A stretch of 44,926 bases of DNA from NCBI GenBank assembly GCA_052055015.1, contig JBQJIT010000040.1, one strand, 5' to 3'. The notes under the pieces are model-generated. The model was not told the origin of the DNA and ran no database searches. It saw nothing but the letters and a program-made list of their open reading frames with translations. The position numbers were made by a program, and so were the translations under genes. Origin of the DNA: Malassezia furfur. Lineage: Eukaryota. Positions 10,708 to 19,287 of this stretch are shown piece by piece (the stretch's first letter is position 1; each line of letters begins with the position of its first letter).

Positions 10708-12782
10708 ATGTCGCGAATGCCGCGGCCGTACACACGGCAGCCCTTGCGGGTAAAGAACGGCGGTGCGGAGCTGGAGCGTGTGCCTTCGGTGCTGGGCACA
10801 CCTCCACGCAAGCGTGAGGTGCCTGCGGACGATGTGCATGTGCGCAACATCCCAGAGTACGCGAGCGGCAAGCGCAGCCGCACGCGGTCGGCGCACGACG
10901 TGGCGACGACGCATGCGAGCCCCGCAGCGACGACGCTGCGCATCGACCATGCAACACGCATGAGCCGGGAGGAGCGGTACCAGCGCGAGCACCAAAAGGC
11001 TGCGTCGCAGCGGCAGTGGAAGGAGGCGTTCGTCAAGGCCTTCCCGAAGCTCGTCTTCTACCTCGACCATGTCGATGCCGCACAAAAGGCGCAGTTTACA
11101 CACCAGATCACGCAGCTCGGCGGCACCGTCGAGGCGTTCTTCTCGCGCAGCGTAACGCATGTCGTCACGACGCGCCCCATCCCCGTCGCGCGCGAGAAGG
11201 AAAACACTGAGCCACGCCGCGCGTGGCCCCGCGCGCTGGCCTCGCCGCATGCTGTGCCGCCCGCGGTCGCGGGGCCGGGGGCGGCCCGGTGCATTCGGAC
11301 AAGAACCCGCTGGACGATACGACGCCGGCGCTTCCGCCGAGCGACCTGCTGTGCAAGGCGCAGCAGTTTGGCATGAAAATTTGGCGGCAGGACAAGCTGC
11401 AGCACATCCTCTCGCTCCTGCTCGCCGAGGACACGGGTGCCGAGGACACGCGGCAGAACCTGTCCGAAATGCTCCACCAGGAAAAGCTGCACGGCACGAC
11501 GGAACGCGATCCGCAGGCGCTGCGGACCGACTACCACTACTTTGGCAAGCACAGTTACTATGTGCTCGTGACCGACGCCACGAACGAGCACCGTCCGATC
11601 GTCGTCGGCGAGTTTGACAAGACGGCGCACGAGGCGCAGCTCAAGCCACCGCCGTGGCCCGTGCTGTACGGCGATGTCGAGGGCCGCGGGCTGTTTGTGT
11701 ACGTCAAGCCCAAGGACCGGCAGCGCCTCGCGGCGCAGGACGGAGATGGGGCACGGCCGGCGCCGCTGTCGCTCCGCCGCGCCGCGTCACTAAACCTTGC
11801 GGGTGCACTGCCGCACGCACCGGCGTCGTCGCACGCGCCAGGCACCCCGTCGCTGATGGCGTCGGACAACAGCATCGCTTTGGCGTCGACGGTTGCGTCG
11901 ACGACCTCGGCGTCGCTGCACAGCCAAAGCACGCAGCTCGGCAGCAGCGCCATCGCCGACAAGCGCCTTGCGGAGCTCACGCGCCGCATGCATACCCCGG
12001 TCGACCTCAAGCGCGGTGCGGGCAGCGGTGCGGTGGTGCGCCGCATGCTGTCCTTGGCGCCGAACGAAACCGAAGCGCCTGGGCTGCGCCGTGCGCACAG
12101 TCTCTCGAGCGCGCGCGCCCCGCGCAAGCCGCGCGAGAAGCGGCCAGGACATTGTGAAAACTGCCGGTGCCGCTTTGAAGACTTTGACGAGCACACACGC
12201 AGCCGACGGCACCGCAAGTTTGCGATGGACGAGTCCAACTTCGTTGCGCTTGACGAGCTGCTACAGCGTGTGCAGCGCGAGCCGATCGACCAGGGCATCT
12301 GGGACGCGTATACCTGCCACGACACACTGAGTGACGATGCGCCGAGCGTTGCGGACAACGATGCGTACGTAGCGCAGGCGCCGTCGGACTACGTCGCGGG
12401 CAGCGACGTCGATGGCGAGCCGATGGACGCCGATGCGCTCGGCGTCGGCGCCGGCGTGGCGACCGACTCGTCGATCGAGGTTGTGGGCGAGCGGCGTGCC
12501 GATGTGGCGGCGGCGCCCGCGCTGCCTACGACGCTACGTGCAGACCTCGACGCAATCGTCGCCGAGGTCGAGCAGGCAGCAGGGGCGGGGGACGCCCAGG
12601 TTCCCCCGGCGACACACACTGCGGATGCACAGGTGGGGCAGGCTGCTGGGGCGGCCGACCCGCAAGGGGCGCCGGCGGCGCTCCTGCCTGCCGCGCTCGT
12701 CACCGAGGCGGCTGCGGCCCCCGTCGCAAGCCCGGCCAGAGAGCCCTTCTCGGGCCCTGTAGACACGCATGCTACGGAGTAG
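10708..12782 (+). CDS. DBF4: Cdc7 kinase regulatory subunit Dbf4/Dfp1 (apparent frameshift near 11211-11300)
   Basis: Motif N/BRCT (FPKLVFYLD..LGGTVEAFFSRSVTHVVTTR) is in one frame. DLLCKAQQFGMKIW, motif M (YVLVTDATNEHRPIVV) and zf-DBF (PGHCENCRCRFEDFDEHTRSRRHRKFA) are in another. D-box-like RQPL and a KEN box are present. Confidence 0.88.
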
Positions 12783-12953
12783 TGGATGTAGCAACGATAC
12801 CCGCGTGTTGGTGTAGATGCGCGTGCGCGCCAGGGAGCGTGGCTCAGCGGTGCATAACACACCACCGCCACAGGGCGTCCGGCATACCGCCGCCACAGGG
12901 CGCCGATACACCCGCTCTTGTATCCATCTACGCCATGTATGCATTCTACCACA

Positions 12954-15620
12954 CTATACCCGCTGGCCTAGCGCCTGTGCCTGCAGCTGCACACGCCCAC
13001 GCCCGCGGCCCTTGCGGCGCGCGTCGCGGCGGTTCTGGCTGTCGCGGTCGGTGCTGCCCTCGTGCGCATTGGCGTTGGCGTTGCCACCCGTGCTGCTCGA
13101 GCGCGAGTCGCCGAGCTTGGCATCGAGGAGCCACTCGTTCTGCTCAAGCATCGCACTCGCGCGGTCGGCGAGCGCGAGCGAGAGCTGCTGCACACGGTTC
13201 AGCTCCATGCGCTGGAACACGACGACGTTGTGCAGCGGGTCGAGCGTCGCGGCCAGCTCGTCGTTCCAGATCATGCGCGACACGATCGAGCGCACCGTCG
13301 ACTCGGGCAGCTCAAACGTCTCGGCAAGGAGCGCGAGGGAGAGCGCATCGTAGTGCGATGCAAAGTTGAACAGGTAGGTGCGCAGTCCCTCCTCCTGGAT
13401 GTGCCGCGCGACACGCGCGAGCACCTGGTCGCGGTCGGGAATGAGCTTCCAGATCTTGATCGCGTTCACCAGCTCGATGCACGCCTTCCAGTCGCCGTTT
13501 TGGAGCGCCTTGCACGCCTGCATCACGTGGTCGCGCGTGTTTTCGGGGGGGCCCGAGAAGACGAGGCGGTCGTTGTAGTCGAGCATCCGGCGGAAGGGGC
13601 GCGAGATGACCTTCTTGCGCAGCTCGGGGTCCGCACCGGCGTACGCCATGTTGGGCACCTCGAGGAGCATGCTCGCCACCAGGTACACACACTCGAGCAG
13701 CTCGAGGTTGATGTGCATGTGGAAGGGCAGCTGACGCTGGCGGTCGAGCTTCTCCTGCTCGGCGCTCACGGGGTTGTATGCGGTGCCCTTGGAGATGCCC
13801 TGGGCCAGCAGCTCCTTGACGCGGCCCGTGGTAAAGATCTCCTGGAGCGCCGCGTGGCACTCCTTGATCAGACCCACGCGGAAGGCACACAGCCCGAGCT
13901 GCACCAGCACGCGGTTGTACAGGATCTGCGTCGCGGCGTCCGCGAGGTGGATCGACTCTTGCAGGTGGCTCATCAGGAAGCGGTCGCGCGCGACGTGGTA
14001 GTCGGCGTGCAGCGCGTGGTGGTACACCTGCATGAGCATCGCACGCGTGCGCTGGCGCTCGCCGGACACCTCGGGGCGCTCGTAGAGGTACACACACAGC
14101 GCATGGATCAGCCGAGAAGGACCATCCGGCTGGTCGCGCACCTCGGCAAACGGCGGCGTAATGCGTGACGGCGGCAGCGACGCTTGCGCCTCGGCGTTGG
14201 CGCCCTCGAGCGCCAGCACAATCACATCCTGCTTCGAGTAGATGTGCTCCAGGCGGCGCATCACTACACGGCGCAGCGGCTCCGAGACAAACGTAACCAT
14301 CTTCTCGGGAAGCGGCTCCGCCAGCACGCCCTCAAAGTAGCTCTGCGCACGCACAATCGTCTGGTACAGCAGCTTTTCGTCGCCGAGGCGCTCGACGTAC
14401 TCGGTTGCATGGGGGTCGATGTTCTGCAGACTCTTCATGAACTCGTCCTCGAGGCGGTCCACAAAGCTGATCACACTGCCACGCACCGGCACCACGGCGC
14501 CCTCGCCGTTCTCATTGGGGCGGCGCTCAATCTGGTCGTCGTAGTCCTCGGTCTCCTCCAAGACAATGTACTCTTTGTTCTGCGCGAGCAGCGTCAGCAG
14601 CGAGTTGAGCTCATCACGCGCCTGGTGCCACAGGTCCAAGGGCATGTAGGCGTTCGCCGAGCTGCTGTAGTCGAAGCGCGACGCAATCAGCGCCAGAAGC
14701 ACACGCACGCGCTGGTACGGCGTGCCAGCAGCATCGAGCAGCTTGCTCAGCGTGCTGATCTGCTCGCCACGGTCGGTGCTCTTGCGGCCGCGCGCCTCCA
14801 TCACCGCCGCGAGGCTCTTGAAGAGCGCATCCGAGGTCATGCTCGCCTTGCCGCCCTTGCCGACCGTCTGGAACTCGTCGTCATCCGCGGGCTGCTCTGC
14901 GGCCGCGGGCACCGGCGCCTCGGCGATCGCCGGCGCCTTGACGCCTTTGCCAGACACGGGGAACACATCGGGAATCTTGGGCGCCGCCTGCGCGGCCTGC
15001 ACCTTTTCGTCGTACCCCTCGGGGTCGGCGCGGTACTGTTGCAGCGCCGCGTCGTTCTCCTTCACCGTCTTCTTCAACTTCTGCTTCATACCGTTCATCG
15101 CCTTGGCATTGGGCGCCTTCATCTTCTTCACGGCGTCCTTGTCAGCCAGCGACTTGGCCAGGAAGGCGTCCAGGCTCGACAGCAGCTTGATATACGACGA
15201 CGGGATCGACTCACCCAGCTTGCGCTGGCGGTCGCACAGACGCTGCAGCGCATCAAATTCCTTCGAGATGGTCACCCAGTCGTCGATCCGCTGCGCATTC
15301 TCAATGGTGTGCACCACGCCCTCGAACTCATCCAGGCGCTTGTCCTTGGCACTCTTGATCACCTTGCGCACCTCCTCCTCACTGTCGCTGTCGCTGTCCG
15401 CGTCACGCATGAACCGCGACATGGGCTTGCGCGCCTGCTGCGCGCCCGCATCGCTGTCGCTCTCCTCGTCACTTTCACTCTCGTCACTCGAGTCGCTCTC
15501 GTCCGAGCTTTTTTGGTCCTTCTTTCCCTGGGGCTGCTCGTCATCGGTGAGCAGCTCCTCCTCCTCAGAGGAGGACTCCGACTCGGAATCAGAGATCGCG
15601 CGGAAGAAGCGGCTGGACAT
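12954..15620 (-). CDS. NIP1: Eukaryotic translation initiation factor 3 subunit C
   Basis: MSSRFF acidic N-terminus, VIKSAKDKR, ARGRKSTDR, QLPFHMHINLELLECVYL, GPPENTRDHV and a PCI domain; single 888-aa ORF. Confidence 0.97.
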   Translation of the reverse strand: MSSRFFRAISDSESESSSEEEELLTDDEQPQGKKDQKSSDESDSSDESESDEESDSDAGAQQARKPMSRFMRDADSDSDSEEEVRKVIKSAKDKRLDEFEGVVHTIENAQRIDDWVTISKEFDALQRLCDRQRKLGESIPSSYIKLLSSLDAFLAKSLADKDAVKKMKAPNAKAMNGMKQKLKKTVKENDAALQQYRADPEGYDEKVQAAQAAPKIPDVFPVSGKGVKAPAIAEAPVPAAAEQPADDDEFQTVGKGGKASMTSDALFKSLAAVMEARGRKSTDRGEQISTLSKLLDAAGTPYQRVRVLLALIASRFDYSSSANAYMPLDLWHQARDELNSLLTLLAQNKEYIVLEETEDYDDQIERRPNENGEGAVVPVRGSVISFVDRLEDEFMKSLQNIDPHATEYVERLGDEKLLYQTIVRAQSYFEGVLAEPLPEKMVTFVSEPLRRVVMRRLEHIYSKQDVIVLALEGANAEAQASLPPSRITPPFAEVRDQPDGPSRLIHALCVYLYERPEVSGERQRTRAMLMQVYHHALHADYHVARDRFLMSHLQESIHLADAATQILYNRVLVQLGLCAFRVGLIKECHAALQEIFTTGRVKELLAQGISKGTAYNPVSAEQEKLDRQRQLPFHMHINLELLECVYLVASMLLEVPNMAYAGADPELRKKVISRPFRRMLDYNDRLVFSGPPENTRDHVMQACKALQNGDWKACIELVNAIKIWKLIPDRDQVLARVARHIQEEGLRTYLFNFASHYDALSLALLAETFELPESTVRSIVSRMIWNDELAATLDPLHNVVVFQRMELNRVQQLSLALADRASAMLEQNEWLLDAKLGDSRSSSTGGNANANAHEGSTDRDSQNRRDARRKGRGRGRVQLQAQALGQRV

Positions 15621-15749
15621 CGTCGCTAACGCGCCCCGCCAGGACGGCGCCGCATCTTTTCTTCTGCCCCCACGTGAAGGGTCACGTGACCCGCGGGCAG
15701 CGCCGGGCGCCAGCAGCCCCGAGCCGGAGCGTGGCTTTCCTGATCTACC
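15621..15749. promoter_or_regulatory. Bidirectional promoter NIP1/ATP5 with two E-boxes
   Basis: 129 bp between divergent ATGs; CACGTG at 15671-15676 and GTCACGTGAC at 15681-15690. Confidence 0.6.
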
Positions 15750-16546
15750 ATGGCCTCCCGTTTTGTGCCCCGTGTGCTGAGCCAGGTACGTGCGCGATCG
15801 CGCGATGAGTGGGCTGATACTGACCGATCCTAGACCCGCGGCTACGCGTCGCAGTCCGCTGCCGTCCGGCCCCCGCTCCAGATCAACACGCTGTCGGGTA
15901 CGTTTGCGTGTGATGGCTCCTTCGATACTGACCGCCAGGCCGCTACGCGTCGGCTGCCTACGTCGCCGCGCTCACCAAGGGCGAGAAGACCCTTGAGAAG
16001 GTGACCACCGACCTCAAGGGCTTCCACGAGGCGCTCGGTAGCAACTCGCCCGACGCCGTGAAGCTGCGCACGTTCCTTACCAACCCGACCATCTCGGCGT
16101 CGAACAAGGACCAGGTCTTCTCGGCGCTGAGCACCAAGGGTGGTGCGGATGAGATCACGCGGTACGCGAATGCATCTGACGCAGCAACCTGTTTGACACC
16201 CTGTCGGACAACAACCGCCTCAGCCTCACCGAAAAGGTGATCGACGACTTCCTGCAGCTCATCAGCGCGCACCAGGGTGAGGTCGCGATCCAGATCACGA
16301 GCGCCAAGCCGCTCGACAAGTCGACCATCTCGCGCCTCGAGTCGTCGCTCAAGCAGTCGCAGTTCGCCAGCGCCTCGGACGTGAAGAAGGTCAAGTTCGA
16401 GTACAGGGTCAACCCGAGCATCCAGGGTGGCCTCGAGGTGCACTTTGGTGACCGCACCGTCGACCTCAGCGTGTCGAGCCGCGTGAACAAGCTCAACGCG
16501 CTCCTGCGCGGTACGTCAAATCCACTGACCGACAGAGTCGATCTAG
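15750..16546 (+). CDS. ATP5: Mitochondrial ATP synthase subunit 5 (OSCP)
   Basis: Five exons; introns 15786-15833 (48 nt), 15898-15938 (41), 16162-16184 (23) and 16511-16535 (25). Product [89 protein letters not shown]. Confidence 0.93.
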
Positions 16547-16719
16547 ATATCGGTAGCCGCGATAGCTCACTCGATCTCTTAGCGATTCACTGCTTGCGAG
16601 CCCGTGTGGTTATGCGGCACGATGCCCGACATCGTGACGCCCATAGCCCCTAGCTCCGTGGCGTGTTTGGCCCCGACACGCCGGACGCCGCGACGGACAA
16701 CACTCCTCCACCTGCCAGC

Positions 16720-18180
16720 ATGGCGGATTGGCACGCGTACAAGGCCGAGAAGGAGGCGTTTGTCGCGGGGCAGGTCGGTTCGTCGGTTGTGCGGATCAAC
16801 GTAGTGTGCTCTACGGCGCTAGCATCGTACGTATTGTGGGCGTCGACGCGCCGCTACACCTTATGTGCGCGCTGCCCCGCAACCACCGACTGGCTTCTCC
16901 TCGTCGTGCCCATGTCCCTTGCCTGTACAGCACTTTCGGAGCACATCGGCACGCTGTTTCTTGGTATGATGAGTTTGGCTGCCGTCCTACATATTGCGAG
17001 CGGAGCACCGTCGGCGTCGGCCGCGCCCCAAAACCCCCATCACAAGGTGGCCCATGCGCCATCGTCACGACGTCCCGACGATGGTGCAGTGACAAAGGCG
17101 CCGCGTGTAGCTCCGTCGCCGGTGCTCACCGTCTACCGTACCTACCTTATGGTTCTCACAGTACTGTGCATTCTTGCTGTCGACTTCCGCGTCTTCCCGC
17201 GTGCGTTTGCCAAGTGTGAGACGTGGGGAACGAGCTTGATGGACCTCGGTGTGGGCTCGTTTGTCTTCTCGCATGGCCTCGTATCGGTGCGCACCCAGCG
17301 TCGTCCCCACTGGCGGCGCACGGCACGACGGACGCTGCCGCTATGGGTGCTTGGACTTGCCCGTGTCGTGCTGGTCAAGCGCACTGAATACCCCGAGCAT
17401 GTGACCGAGTACGGCGTGCACTGGAACTTTTTCCTGACGCTCGGCGTCGTGATCCCCGCTATCGATGTGCTGCAGGCGTACCTGCCACATTCGATGGGCA
17501 TCATGGGTGTGGCGCTTAGTGCTGTCTACGAAGTCGTGCTCACCACGACGCCGCTCGCCGCTTGGGCGTTGTCGGACGCACGCGATGCAGCGAGCATCGT
17601 TTCGCTGAACAAGGAAGGTCTTGCCAGTCTGCCCGGTACGTCGCGCGCTGACCCAGGGTATTTGGCTATTGCAATGCTCGGACTGGACGTCGGCACATTT
17701 GTGCGCAAGACGGAGCAGGTCATTCCGCGCCTCGCGTGGCGTGCGTGCGCCTACTGGGTGCTGTATGCAGCCGCCGCGGCGCGGGGGCTCGTCGCGAGTC
17801 GCCGCATGGTATGTCGAAGGCTGACCCAGGCGAATCTATCGTATGTGATATGGACAGCCGCCTTCAATACCCTCCTTTTGCTGTGCTTTGCGGCCTTGCA
17901 CACACTGTGGATGCGCTACGAGCCGCGCGCCACGTCGGCCCCCACACTGTTTGACTGGATCAACCGGCACTCGCTGCAGGTCTTTTTGCTGGTACGCCAT
18001 GCCCTAACGCAGTCGAATGTCGCGACCGGCCTGATCAATCTTCGTATTCAGACGATGCACTGTACCACGCCCGAGGCGATGCACATCCTCGGCGCCTACC
18101 TTGCCGTGGTGCTGGGCATCGTGCCGTGGGCCACGACGCATTGGCCATCTTGGATTAGTCATCGTAAAAACCAACCATGA
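16720..18180 (+). CDS. GWT1: GPI inositol acyltransferase Gwt1 (PIG-W)
   Basis: YKAEKEAFV, ILAVDFRVFPRAFAKCETWGTSLMDLGVGSFVFS and YPEHVTEYGVHWNFF. Three in-frame 21-nt introns (17636-17656, 17809-17829, 17992-18012) restore NKEGLASLPGYLAI, SRRMANLSY and FLLSNVATGLIN. Confidence 0.95.
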   Translation: MADWHAYKAEKEAFVAGQVGSSVVRINVVCSTALASYVLWASTRRYTLCARCPATTDWLLLVVPMSLACTALSEHIGTLFLGMMSLAAVLHIASGAPSASAAPQNPHHKVAHAPSSRRPDDGAVTKAPRVAPSPVLTVYRTYLMVLTVLCILAVDFRVFPRAFAKCETWGTSLMDLGVGSFVFSHGLVSVRTQRRPHWRRTARRTLPLWVLGLARVVLVKRTEYPEHVTEYGVHWNFFLTLGVVIPAIDVLQAYLPHSMGIMGVALSAVYEVVLTTTPLAAWALSDARDAASIVSLNKEGLASLPGTSRADPGYLAIAMLGLDVGTFVRKTEQVIPRLAWRACAYWVLYAAAAARGLVASRRMVCRRLTQANLSYVIWTAAFNTLLLLCFAALHTLWMRYEPRATSAPTLFDWINRHSLQVFLLVRHALTQSNVATGLINLRIQTMHCTTPEAMHILGAYLAVVLGIVPWATTHWPSWISHRKNQP

Positions 18181-19271
18181 TGTCCCTGGCGCGAGCGGTG
18201 CGGCCGATGCGCATGCATGCACCGATGCGTGCGGCGCTGAGCGTGCGGACGTATGCGAACAATGCCGATTCACTTCTAGAGCGTCTCACGAACGAGGCGG
18301 CGCCGGGCGAGACCGTCGAAGACAAGCGGCGTGCCAAATTTGATCAGTACAACCAGAAGCTTGCAGCCAAGGCGCAGGAGCGCGGCCTTGGCAGCGTGGA
18401 GGAGCTGGCGCAGAAGCACCGCGAGGAACTGGAAATGAAAAAGAAGCTGGAGCGTGAGGAGCTCGCGCGTGCCTACGCGGACCGTGTCGCTGCCGAGACT
18501 GCCGCGAAGCAAGGATCGGTGGAAGAGCGCGACCGCGCGCTGCAGGAGCGCCTGCGCCTGCGACGCGAGCAGGAAGAGGCGCGTAAGCTCCAGGCAGAGG
18601 GTGAGGATGCGATGGCCGGCCCCGTGAAGCCGCTGTCGTCCTTCCTCGACGTGGCTAAGATTGAAAAGGAGTCGCCGGAGAACATTACCAAGCTTTGGGC
18701 GAGCTACCACACGATGCGCGGCAAGCTTTCGGCCGTGATTCCGGCAGAGACGTATGCGCGCATGGTGGACACGGCGCGTAAGTACCCCCAGTTTGTTCTG
18801 CCGCTGCCGAAGAGCGATGCGGCGGCGGACGAGGCAGCGGACAGTGCGTTCGAGATGCAGTTCCTGCAGTGGGCGTTCCTGGCGCGCCCGCCGACGGTGT
18901 CGTCGACGACGCCCCCGCCATCTGCGGTGCTGTTTACGTCGCTGGCCGAGTACAAGCTGCGACAAGAGTTTGCACAGATGTCGCTTGTCCTCACGCACTA
19001 CACTGAGCTGATCGAGTCCAAGGGCCTGGTGTTGATGCGCGGCGATGTCACCGAGCGCCAGACCGCCGAGTCGGACGAGGTGAAGCAGGTGATGGCACAA
19101 AAGGAGGCGCAGCTACTTGCGTTGTGCGCGCAGCGCTTCTACAACGTGGACTGGAACAAGACGCTCGACGCGCAGGACGAGCTGCGCCGCGAGCTGCTGC
19201 ACAACTTCCACCACCACCCCACGCAGTTTTCGCTCGAGAAACTCCTCGAGGCATCGTTCCAGCTGGGCTAA
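18177..19271 (+). CDS. ATP11: Mitochondrial F1-ATPase assembly factor Atp11 (ATPAF1)
   Basis: Arg-rich presequence, VKPLSSFLDVAKI, ARKYPQFVLPLP, FLQW, VLFTSLAEYK, HYTELIESKGLVLMRG and QRFY. Confidence 0.9.
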   Translation: MMSLARAVRPMRMHAPMRAALSVRTYANNADSLLERLTNEAAPGETVEDKRRAKFDQYNQKLAAKAQERGLGSVEELAQKHREELEMKKKLEREELARAYADRVAAETAAKQGSVEERDRALQERLRLRREQEEARKLQAEGEDAMAGPVKPLSSFLDVAKIEKESPENITKLWASYHTMRGKLSAVIPAETYARMVDTARKYPQFVLPLPKSDAAADEAADSAFEMQFLQWAFLARPPTVSSTTPPPSAVLFTSLAEYKLRQEFAQMSLVLTHYTELIESKGLVLMRGDVTERQTAESDEVKQVMAQKEAQLLALCAQRFYNVDWNKTLDAQDELRRELLHNFHHHPTQFSLEKLLEASFQLG

Positions 19272-19287
19272 ACACCCTACATACATA

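Noticed and set aside
10857..10877. 21-nt GTACGC..CAG candidate intron in DBF4
   Set aside because: No CTNAY branch cassette (position -6 is G) and no protein-level need for removal.
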